Source: Candidatus Poribacteria bacterium (GTDB lineage Bacteria; Poribacteria; WGA-4E; PCPOR2b). Taken from it: a stretch of DNA of 64,000 nucleotides. Position numbers and translations under genes: made by a program. The first letter of the stretch is position 1; the number at the start of each line of letters is the position of its first letter. Shown piece after piece: positions 1 through 8,691 of this stretch. The stretch lies in NCBI GenBank assembly GCA_965198175.1, contig OZ240245.1:512001-576000 (forward strand), written 5' to 3'. The notes under the pieces were generated by a model, which saw only the letters and a list, made by a program, of their open reading frames with translations, was not told the DNA's origin and ran no database searches.

Positions 1-2
1 AT

Positions 3-392
3 GCAACCCTGAAGCCGGAGGCGGCATCTGATCGACCGAACCTCGGCGACATCGGCTGGTTTGAAGAGAAGTCTCGGTCGGACGAATCGCAAGAGATTCT
101 CGAAGAAGCCTTGTGTTTTGCTAGTTTGAACGGTCGTGTGGAGGTTGTCGAGTTCCTGTTTGAACGCGGCGCGCGGGTGGATGCGATGCCGCCCGGCTTA
201 GGTGCAGTGTGGACGCCGCTCCACTTTGCGACGTTCAGAGGACACCTGTCGGTGGTCATGCTACTCGTAGATCGAGGTGGGAACCTGAATCTTAAGGACG
301 GTGCTCATCACCTATCCCCGCTTGCATGGGCAGAACATGAAAAACACGTTGAGGTTGCACGGTATCTTCGCGCTCATGGCGCCATTCCTTGA
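3..392 (+). CDS. Ankyrin-repeat protein (5'-partial)
   Basis: Frame open from the window edge; ankyrin motifs ALCFASLNGRVEVVEFLFERGA, TPLHFATFRGHLSVVMLLVDRGG, SPLAWAEHEKHVEVARYL. Confidence 0.85.
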   Translation, partial: ATLKPEAASDRPNLGDIGWFEEKSRSDESQEILEEALCFASLNGRVEVVEFLFERGARVDAMPPGLGAVWTPLHFATFRGHLSVVMLLVDRGGNLNLKDGAHHLSPLAWAEHEKHVEVARYLRAHGAIP

Positions 393-619
393 GCGGCAAC
401 CGGAGCCGTCGAACCGTGATGCTTCCGGAAAAACTTAACGGAATCAATGAATTTTCCCACGGGACACTTCAGCGTCCTGTGAGTTTTCGAGGTGCCATCC
501 ATTGCCTGAAGCAACACACTAGCAGTGCTCACCACGCTTACTCAACAAAGGATACTCCACCCTACCCCGAACCTCTTCCCTCTCGGCTCCTTTACTTTAT
601 TTAATCGAGTTGTTTTATC

Positions 620-2818
620 TTGAAACCCCAACTTATATATAGTATACTTATATATAATAGTAAAAAATTGCTTAAACTTTGTTTCTGTAACGGAAAGACG
701 TTGGGCTGTATTCAAGATCGTCCAGTTCGAGACATATTAACAGAGAAATTAGCGTTGTGTTCCTTAGGGTGGGTGGAAGCTGTTGACACCGCTTTGGTGG
801 ATGGTGCCGCTTTTCAAACTGCGCTCAAAGCGACTCAACTCTGGCTCGCAGGCAACTATAGCCGCGCTGACCGGCTTTTACAAGGCGAAGATGTAAGTTA
901 TACCATTGTGACCGACGCCGACACGTTAGCATCGGTCACACCGGCGCTTGAACGAGCCGATGTGATTGCGATTGACACCGAGACCTATGCACCGGATGAT
1001 GTCCGATTCGATTTCGAGTGCGCTCATGATCGTTTTGCGCTGTTGACTCAGGAATTTGAGCGTGTTAGAGAATTCGCTAAACGAGCAAAGGGAGAGGCTG
1101 AAAAGCGTGCTATCCGCATGGTACGCGATACTATCAAACAGGAATGGAAAGCTGCAAAAGCGAAACTCAAAAGTACGGAAAGCGCCCTCAAACACGCAGG
1201 GCTCGACTCGCATCAGGCGAAAGTCCGACTGATTCAGTTGGCGATCGAAAATCGAGCGGTAGCCATGGTCGATCTAAATGCCTTTGATGATATGCTAGAC
1301 CTTGAGCCTCTGCGTAGGATATTGATGAACGATTCCATTAAGGTGCTTCACAACGCGAATTTTGACCTCCAGATGCTCTGGTCAATCGGTCTTGAAATCG
1401 GGGGGAACATCTTCGATACGATGATAGCGGCGAGGTTGCTCAATCCGAAGGAGAGTGCTGCTTTAGATGACGTTGTCAAGCAGTACTTTTCTGCAGGCTC
1501 AAGGCAGGCGCTGTCGAAGGCTGAGCAGTTGAGCGATTGGAGCGGCGATTTGACTGATTCGCAATGGCTCTATGCTGCGCGCGATGTGTCGGTACTTTTG
1601 CCACTACGAAAGCGGCTTAAATCCGAGTTGATTCGCGAAAATCTTACCCAGATTGTCAAGATTGAGTTTGACTGTGTGAGAGCAACTGCGGAGATGGAGT
1701 ATGTAGGAATGAAGGTTGATTCCGCTAAAGCAGACACCTACCGACGTCGCGTCGAAGCCCAAATGGCAAAACTTCGATCAGCTTTATACGGTTACCTGGG
1801 CGAAATCAGTCTGACCAGCCCAAAACAGCTCAAAATGGCTTTCGCCGGAATCGGTGTCGGTGTTGAGAGTACAGCTAGACGCGCGTTGTGGCAATTGACT
1901 GCGGCGCATCCGAGCATACCGCTGTTGTTGGCGTACAAGAAGCTATCCACCCTAATATCCGTCTGCCTTGAGCCTCTGCCCCGATGCGCTTCTACCAAAA
2001 CCGGTCGTGTCCATGCGAGTTATTGGCAGCTTGGCACCGCAACGGGGCGATTTTCCTGCTCGGGTCCAAATTTCCAGCAGGTGCCTCGGGACTTGGACGT
2101 ACGGGCTTGTTTTGTCGCTGAAGAGGACAATAAACTGGTCATCGCAGATTATTCACAGATTGAGTTGCGGGTTGCAGCAGAAGTCAGCGGAGATCGGAAA
2201 ATGACTCAAGCTTACCAGAACGGTGAAGATCTACACACGTTAACCGCTTCGCTGGTTCAAAAGATACCGCTTGAGGAGGTGACCCCCGAACAGCGTCAGG
2301 CAGCTAAAGCGATTAACTTCGGTTTGATTTTCGGGATGGGTGCGAAAGGGTTGAGGTACTCGGCGAAGCAGAATTACGGCGTGGAAATGACTTTGGGGGA
2401 AGCAGAGACTTTTCGGAATCGCTACTTCGAGTCATATTCGGGAATACGAGCGTGGCATCGGAGGTCCGGATGGGCTTTAAGGTACACGAATGAACAGAGA
2501 ACCCTCTGTGGTCGGCGGTTCGTCTGGGACGAAGCGGCTTCGTTTACAATCTTTATTAACAGGCAGGTACAAGGTACAGCAGCCGACATTATCAAGATTG
2601 CGCTGTCTAAGCTGATATTCGCTTTGAAGGACACCGGGGCGAAAATCATCGCTATGATTCACGATGAAATCATCATTGAAGTCTCTCAAGCCAACGCTGT
2701 TGAGGCAGCTCGGGTCCTGCAAGAGACGATGGAAGCTGCAGGTAGAGAAGTTCTAAAGAAGGTTCCAGTCGTGGCAGAAGCCCGCATCGCTGACAGTTGG
2801 GCGGAAAAGAAAAAATAG
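620..2818 (+). CDS. polA: Family A DNA polymerase with 3'-5' exonuclease, lacking the 5'-3' nuclease (start uncertain)
   Basis: ExoI DTET, ExoII HNANFD, ExoIII YAARD; TGRFSCSGPNFQQVP; motif A ADYSQIELR, motif B RQAAKAINFGLIFG, motif C IHDEII. Confidence 0.9.
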   Translation: MKPQLIYSILIYNSKKLLKLCFCNGKTLGCIQDRPVRDILTEKLALCSLGWVEAVDTALVDGAAFQTALKATQLWLAGNYSRADRLLQGEDVSYTIVTDADTLASVTPALERADVIAIDTETYAPDDVRFDFECAHDRFALLTQEFERVREFAKRAKGEAEKRAIRMVRDTIKQEWKAAKAKLKSTESALKHAGLDSHQAKVRLIQLAIENRAVAMVDLNAFDDMLDLEPLRRILMNDSIKVLHNANFDLQMLWSIGLEIGGNIFDTMIAARLLNPKESAALDDVVKQYFSAGSRQALSKAEQLSDWSGDLTDSQWLYAARDVSVLLPLRKRLKSELIRENLTQIVKIEFDCVRATAEMEYVGMKVDSAKADTYRRRVEAQMAKLRSALYGYLGEISLTSPKQLKMAFAGIGVGVESTARRALWQLTAAHPSIPLLLAYKKLSTLISVCLEPLPRCASTKTGRVHASYWQLGTATGRFSCSGPNFQQVPRDLDVRACFVAEEDNKLVIADYSQIELRVAAEVSGDRKMTQAYQNGEDLHTLTASLVQKIPLEEVTPEQRQAAKAINFGLIFGMGAKGLRYSAKQNYGVEMTLGEAETFRNRYFESYSGIRAWHRRSGWALRYTNEQRTLCGRRFVWDEAASFTIFINRQVQGTAADIIKIALSKLIFALKDTGAKIIAMIHDEIIIEVSQANAVEAARVLQETMEAAGREVLKKVPVVAEARIADSWAEKKK

Positions 2819-3032
2819 ACATGTAATGCAGACGCTCATCTTCGCTATGCTCACCCACAGTCTTTCGTGTCAGTCTTGGTTTGTATCATCTTTCTTGACA
2901 AGTTTAATGTGGTATGTTATATGGGTTAGTTGAGAAAGAATAAGCCCACGCGGGCGCGTCAATCCCAGAAGGGACTTCAATTCCAGCCGTCCACTCTGAG
3001 AGCGTTATTGGGGTTGGGATGAGTAAAGAGAG

Positions 3033-3845
3033 GTGTTTATGACAGGGATGTTCGATCTATCCGGACGAGTTGCAGTTGTATCGGGAGCAGCCAGCGGCAT
3101 GGGTCGTGCGATGTCGCTGGCTTTGGCAGAGGCAGGCGCGGACTTGATGCTTGCGGATATTAACTTGGCTGGTGCGGGGAAGACCGCTGACGAAATTTCG
3201 GTGATGGGACGCCGTGCCATTGCCGTTGATTGTGATGTCTCACGTCCGGATCAAATCCGCGCGATGTTTGCACGAGTGGACGAAGAATTTGGTCGGATCG
3301 ATTTCTTGGGCAATGTTGCGGGCGAAGCGACCAGAGCGAAACCGGAGGTTATCTCGTTAGAAGACGTTGAACAGACTTGGCGCAATCTTGTCTATGGTCG
3401 GTTCTGTTGTTGTCAGGAAGCCGGGCGGCGGATGCTTGCTGCTGGTAATGGGAGCATTGTAAGTCTCGGTTCTCTGGCGAGCATCACGGGTATGGGCCGC
3501 GGCCACATCGCATATAGTATGGCAATGGGTGCGGTGGTTCAAATGACACGAGAACTTAGCACCGAATGGTCGGGGCGCGGTGTGCGTGTTAATGCAATTT
3601 TACCGGCGCAAGTTTTGAACCCAGGGTTGCAGATACGCATCGACGCCGATCCTCGAATTAAGGAGCGGTTCCTCAGCGGCATTCCAATGGGACGATTCGG
3701 CAGTCCTGACGATATCCGTGGTCTAGCGGTATTTCTCGCATCGGATGCGTCGTCATGGATTACCGGTGCGATTATTCCGATGGATGGCGGCAACTTGGCG
3801 ATGAACGCCGGCGGTTCAGTCGGCAGTGAAGTTTTTGATGAGTGA
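3033..3845 (+). CDS. Short-chain dehydrogenase/reductase
   Basis: VSGAASGMG nucleotide-binding motif, RVNAILP, ASSWITGAIIPMDGG; catalytic YxxxK appears as YSMAM. Confidence 0.9.
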   Translation: MFMTGMFDLSGRVAVVSGAASGMGRAMSLALAEAGADLMLADINLAGAGKTADEISVMGRRAIAVDCDVSRPDQIRAMFARVDEEFGRIDFLGNVAGEATRAKPEVISLEDVEQTWRNLVYGRFCCCQEAGRRMLAAGNGSIVSLGSLASITGMGRGHIAYSMAMGAVVQMTRELSTEWSGRGVRVNAILPAQVLNPGLQIRIDADPRIKERFLSGIPMGRFGSPDDIRGLAVFLASDASSWITGAIIPMDGGNLAMNAGGSVGSEVFDE

Positions 3846-3984
3846 GAACATCAACACGGTGTGTTCCTAGATAACCCCCATACAGAGGTTTTGAATAGCA
3901 CGCCGGCTTGAGCGATTCTTGGGTTCCCAGTTTATCTTCAAAGACAGGGTTTACCCTGATGTTGCGTCCGTACAGAATCGTGTA

Positions 3985-6900
3985 TCACTCGTCCGCTGCT
4001 ACGGGTAGCCCGATGAACAGCCGGCTGTCAACATCCGCAAGTGGATCAACTTCGCCGGTTGCAGCGGCGCGGGCGAAAACGACGCCGGGGTGTTTTGCTC
4101 GCATCGCACGCACGAGAACGGTGAACCCTTTTGCTGCGCTGCCGTTGCGTAATTCCCATTCTATCCGTTCTCGTTCCAAATTGAGTCGAACAATTCCCTC
4201 CCGCAAACCGACGCAGAGCGGGTAAAGTTCTTCTGGCGTTAGACCGTCGCTATATCCGTGCCGAACGATGACATCTCTACCTCGAATGTCTGGAACCGAC
4301 CCACGCGCCCCGACGCAACAAGCGAGTCGATGAAGTCTACTATGTGCGTCTTGGCTTTTTGCTGCAAGGATGTGCGGTCCCAAGTTGTTGTCTCCGAAAT
4401 CGCTGCAGGCGGCAAGCCACTCGACAAGCTCTTCTGCATAAGCGTTCCACGCAGGTGCATCGTCGGGTTCTGCCGGAACGGATGGACTGCCGACGGTTTT
4501 ACTGATAAACGCGCTCATGGAGGCTCCCGATTCTTTGGCAATTTCGAGCCCGCGCTGCATCAGACGTTCGGCAACTTCAATCGTGCGATTTATTCCATCG
4601 CGTTTGAGAATGGCTTCCAGTGCCTGAGCTAGCGAAACTTGTCTAATTAAACCGTCAGGGGTGGCGATGTCGGTTCCGACAATCTCTGCGATTTCGCTGC
4701 GCCCTTCAGGGGTGAGACTCAGATGCGCCAGTCCCCACATTGCATCATGCCCCGGTGCGAGTGCTTTGTATAAATTTGGGTCGTGCTTCAGATGCCCCGC
4801 GATGGAAAGCCGCTCACCAGCTTCCCGTTGTCCGGCTTCAGTGATTGGGAGAAAGACCGCCGCTTGATCGCCATCGAAATTGGCGTTCATCAACTCACAC
4901 ACGAAAGGATGCACGCGGATAACACGGTCGGGGTGCCGCACCGGATGGAACGCAACAAGGTGAGTGAGTGTGTGCGCCGGCGGACGAAGCACAATCACCC
5001 ACGAACGCGCCATCAGTTCATCAAGGGCATGTGTTGCTTGTTGACTGCGTCGCCGTACTTCCCCGGCATCACCGAGCCTCTTTGTGATATGATGTCCAAA
5101 GAGTGCCCACGCCATCTCCTCCGGAATACCGACCTGATCAGCGCGTAACTCTGCGCCAGGCGCAATGACGGCGCGTCCGCTGAAGAGACTCCGTGCCTTA
5201 AAGTTCATGACGGTTGGGCTTAGGATTGCATTGACATATTCCGCAACGCGGATTTGGAGTTGCTTGATGGTTTGGCGGGTTAAACTCTCCGGTGTATTAC
5301 TGGCAAGCATCCGTTCGGTCCTGGTATTGACATCGGCAAGCGCCTGATATTCAGGCATGTCTTCACGGACGCCGACTTCATCAAGGATTTGATCGTGGAG
5401 CCACGGATGAGGAACGGGTTGAGCGAACTTGAGCGTATTTCCGTTCGGTCGTGCAAATCCAAAAGTCACCTTGTCGCCGCAAAGTTTAGTTCGGATTCCC
5501 ACCGCCGAGAGCCGATTCGAGAGGTCAGCGAATAACGGCGTCGGCGGACCCGCCTGTTCAACTTCTCCCCTTGCGACGCGCTCCACTAATGTATGCGCAT
5601 CCGTCCGTTTCATGGCACGGGTGTTAAAATGTTCCCGCAATGTTTCAAGCACTGAAGCATTTCGTAGTCTATCGTATTCAAGTTCACCAAGAGTCTGATG
5701 GTGCCTATGGTCTTCAAGATTGGTTGAGTCGGATGCTTTTATTTTATCTATGGCGATGTGAGCCAGGCGTCCCCAGTACACCCAACCGACTGTGCTGGGT
5801 CTTACCAGCTTCTTACCGTCCCGCCCAAGTGTGAGGTATTCCATTCCGTCTTCCGGAAGCCCTGCGTTCTTGAGGCGTTCGCGCAATTCATCTGCGCTCG
5901 GTGCATGGAATGGCGGCACGATGGCAGGTTTCCCTTCCGCTCGTGCGATGCGCCCCGTCACCGCTTCTCGTAATTGACCAAGGTTCATCCGCTCGTGCAA
6001 GCCCCCGAAACTGAAAACGAGTTCAACCGGTGTACCATCGGCGAGATGCGGCATCTCATCGTCAGGTAAGATGCGCGAAACAACCCCTTTCGTTCCATGA
6101 CGGTTGCCAATCTTATCGCCGGGTTCAACGGCATAAGGAAAATTCAGACGCGCAGCGCACGACTTGCTAATCACGATGCCGTCTTCGAAGGTATCGCCGC
6201 CCCATGAAATAAAAGCGGTCAATAGGTTGCGACCGCACCAAAAGTCAGATACATCCGGCTCGTAACCCGTTTGGACAAGCGCAGTCTCCGGAGCGGCAGC
6301 TAGCCTCGGCATCTCTTTGGTTAGGTGTGTTAGAGCTGTCTCCGGGGTTGAAGGCGCCATGCACTGACGCATCATGTTAGCCCCCATAAGTATCTGTGGA
6401 GGGTCATTGTGTTCAAGAAAAGGAATCATCGACGATGCTAAACCGAGGCTTGCTTCGGGGTTTTCATCAACCACGACCAATTTTCCATCGCGAATCTCGG
6501 CACCCCTAGCAATCGTAAGGATTCGACCTACGCTTGGTCCCTCCGGCGTTTCAAAAGGGCAAGTTCGCCCGAAGTGGGAAGAGGTGAATACCTTCTCGCG
6601 GTTCAGAACCAATAACCGTCGGAGATGCGTATACTTGTCAAGCCAATTGGTTTCTTGAAGTATCTGCGCGTAAAATGTGTCACGAAAGAATTCCTCTATC
6701 CATTTATCAAGTTGGAGCCATGACCGTACAGGGGCTGCTTCCCACGACAAGTCTAGGGGGGCACCCTTCAAACGCTCTTTGAAATAACTATGCAGTTGTT
6801 CTCCAACACATCTAATTTTCGCCTTTTTAAGTTTATAGGTTGAAGCCGTTGGAACAACGACATAGTTTTCTCCGCCGATTTTGAACATCCCTTCCTCGTC

Positions 6901-7104
6901 CGGCTGTGGGATGTCGGTGTACTCGACTTCAACGTTGCCATCGGTTGACGTGAGGGAGATTTTGATACAACCGGTGTAGATGCCGGTGGGTTCAAAGTGA
7001 TAGCCAGCTACCGGCAATTGCTCTGCGAGCAAATCTGGCAGCCGATTGTTCGTCAGTTGGTCAAAAGATTTTTTGTGCCAAAATGCAGTGATGTTGTTTG
7101 ACAT
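3985..7104 (-). CDS. Minimised single-chain RNA polymerase beta-beta' (RpoB-RpoC) fusion paralogue
   Basis: Beta motifs HFGRTCPFETPEG, PFLEHND..LMGANMMRQ, GDTFEDG, GDKIGNRHGTKG, RMNLGQ; beta' motifs FSGRAVI, NANFDGDQ, bridge-helix-like GLTPEELY..GLREG; RBS GAGGAGG. Confidence 0.92.
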   Translation of the reverse strand: MSNNITAFWHKKSFDQLTNNRLPDLLAEQLPVAGYHFEPTGIYTGCIKISLTSTDGNVEVEYTDIPQPDEEGMFKIGGENYVVVPTASTYKLKKAKIRCVGEQLHSYFKERLKGAPLDLSWEAAPVRSWLQLDKWIEEFFRDTFYAQILQETNWLDKYTHLRRLLVLNREKVFTSSHFGRTCPFETPEGPSVGRILTIARGAEIRDGKLVVVDENPEASLGLASSMIPFLEHNDPPQILMGANMMRQCMAPSTPETALTHLTKEMPRLAAAPETALVQTGYEPDVSDFWCGRNLLTAFISWGGDTFEDGIVISKSCAARLNFPYAVEPGDKIGNRHGTKGVVSRILPDDEMPHLADGTPVELVFSFGGLHERMNLGQLREAVTGRIARAEGKPAIVPPFHAPSADELRERLKNAGLPEDGMEYLTLGRDGKKLVRPSTVGWVYWGRLAHIAIDKIKASDSTNLEDHRHHQTLGELEYDRLRNASVLETLREHFNTRAMKRTDAHTLVERVARGEVEQAGPPTPLFADLSNRLSAVGIRTKLCGDKVTFGFARPNGNTLKFAQPVPHPWLHDQILDEVGVREDMPEYQALADVNTRTERMLASNTPESLTRQTIKQLQIRVAEYVNAILSPTVMNFKARSLFSGRAVIAPGAELRADQVGIPEEMAWALFGHHITKRLGDAGEVRRRSQQATHALDELMARSWVIVLRPPAHTLTHLVAFHPVRHPDRVIRVHPFVCELMNANFDGDQAAVFLPITEAGQREAGERLSIAGHLKHDPNLYKALAPGHDAMWGLAHLSLTPEGRSEIAEIVGTDIATPDGLIRQVSLAQALEAILKRDGINRTIEVAERLMQRGLEIAKESGASMSAFISKTVGSPSVPAEPDDAPAWNAYAEELVEWLAACSDFGDNNLGPHILAAKSQDAHSRLHRLACCVGARGSVPDIRGRDVIVRHGYSDGLTPEELYPLCVGLREGIVRLNLERERIEWELRNGSAAKGFTVLVRAMRAKHPGVVFARAAATGEVDPLADVDSRLFIGLPVAADE

Positions 7105-7204
7105 TTTGTCCTCCTCATCTTATTGGGTATTTCGTGTTGTGTGAGTGGTGATGTGTAAAGCATAACACGTGACGTGCGGGAATCTTCTCCGCCCCCTTGT
7201 TCAC

Positions 7205-7873
7205 TTAACTATCTTCCTCGTATTCGCCTGTAATCTCCTTCCATTCTTTAGCGAGACGCCTTATCGAATAGTGTAAACGCGACTTCACAGTGCCTTCCGG
7301 GATGCCAATCTCAGCGGCGACCTCACGAAGGTTCATCTCTTTCTGATATACAAGGTGAAGCACCTCTCGTTTATCTTCGGGCAGTTCTTCAACCAGCCGC
7401 CAAAGCAAATTAGACTGCTCAGCTTGTTCCAGCATCACATCGGGGCCACGTAACGATGTGTCAATCATCCAATCTGGGTCGGGCACATAGTCGTCCGCAT
7501 CATCAAAATCATCCGGCGGTATTTCGAGGGGATGTTGCTTCCGCCGACGCAGGGTGCGCAGGTAATTAAGGGCGAGATTTGTAGCGATGCGGAAGAACCA
7601 TGCTTTGAAATTACCTCGACCCTCCCACCGCTCGGCGGAAGTCCAAATTCGCAAAAATGCCTCCTGAACCAAATCCTCGGCTGCACTTTCGTCCTGCACG
7701 ATGCGTATGATGTGTCTGCGGACGGACTCGCTATATCGTGCCCAAAGCGTTTCAAATGCCGCCGCATCGTGTTCACGGATCTTATCAATGAGAAATTGAT
7801 CGGATTGTATTATAAATGTCCCTCCGCTCACGGAAAAACCAGCTTTCGTTCGGCGATTTTTGGGTTCGCGCAC
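7205..7873 (-). CDS. ECF sigma-70 factor (start uncertain)
   Basis: Region 2 AEDLVQEAFLRIW..FKAWFFRIATNLALNYLR; region 4 LREVAAEIGIPEGTVKSRLH. Confidence 0.93.
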   Translation of the reverse strand: MREPKNRRTKAGFSVSGGTFIIQSDQFLIDKIREHDAAAFETLWARYSESVRRHIIRIVQDESAAEDLVQEAFLRIWTSAERWEGRGNFKAWFFRIATNLALNYLRTLRRRKQHPLEIPPDDFDDADDYVPDPDWMIDTSLRGPDVMLEQAEQSNLLWRLVEELPEDKREVLHLVYQKEMNLREVAAEIGIPEGTVKSRLHYSIRRLAKEWKEITGEYEEDS

Positions 7874-7944
7874 CTCAATTGCTGGCGAAAGGCGGGGTAA
7901 TGGATTATCCGGTCAGCCTCCATTCAGGAGACTTACATTGTAAA

Positions 7945-7970
7945 TGACACCGCAAGGGATTAATAAGTTC
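7945..7970 (-). promoter_or_regulatory. ECF (sigmaE-like) promoter GAACTT-N16-GTCA
   Basis: Minus strand GAACTT ATTAATCCCTTGCGGT GTCATT, ~70 nt upstream of the ECF gene. Confidence 0.6.
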
Positions 7971-8153
7971 ACAAGTTGAACGAAAAATTCAGCAGAACGT
8001 TGGTTGAGCGGGAGAACAAGGCGAGATAAAAGACGAAAGCGTTACTTATGTCGGTCGGTGAGAAAAACTGTTTGACACAATATAGGTTATTGTGCAATAA
8101 TGGTTGATGCCTGCCGAATCTATTCTAACTGAAAGCTGAAAGAAAATCTTCAG

Positions 8154-8546
8154 ATGTCTAGTGCAGTTACAACGAAAAGGACAGAAGCCAAGTTTGAGTG
8201 CATCATACCAAGCTTAAATGCCAAGAGTGTTCCTGCCAGTATCGATTATTATGTAAAAGTGCTTGGCTTTAAGAAGGATTGGGACTGGGGCGATCCGCCA
8301 GGTTTTGGGTCTGTATCAGGCGACAACTGTTCCATTATGCTATGCCAGGGTGGACAGGGGCAAGCTGAAGCCTGGATTATGATAGGTGTCGAGGAATTGT
8401 ATGAGGAATACAAGGCGAGCGGTGCTACAATTCGAGAGGTGCCAACAAACTATCCTTGGGCGTACGAGATGAGAGTGGAAGACCTTGACAATCACGTTTT
8501 ACGGTTTGGGTCGGAACCCAAATCAGATGAATCTCATTCATTGTGA
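8154..8546 (+). CDS. VOC/glyoxalase/bleomycin-resistance family protein
   Basis: SIDYYVKVLGF, PTNYPWAYEMRVEDLDNHVLRF. Confidence 0.85.
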   Translation: MSSAVTTKRTEAKFECIIPSLNAKSVPASIDYYVKVLGFKKDWDWGDPPGFGSVSGDNCSIMLCQGGQGQAEAWIMIGVEELYEEYKASGATIREVPTNYPWAYEMRVEDLDNHVLRFGSEPKSDESHSL

Positions 8547-8691
8547 ATTCCTTCTTGCGATCGCCTCGATCCCTTTTGAATTACCTGAATGATGTGTGTT
8601 AAGATATCAATCCGTTATCGGTTGTTTCACAGGAAAAATTCGACACAATTATATCGCCACCCTGCGCTGACCTCGAAAGGAGGGCGCAACG

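Noticed and set aside
3985..7104. Housekeeping rpoB/rpoC or a decayed pseudogene of them
   Set aside because: Far too short, no ribosomal-protein context, highly diverged, yet no stops or frameshifts over 3.1 kb and a strong RBS
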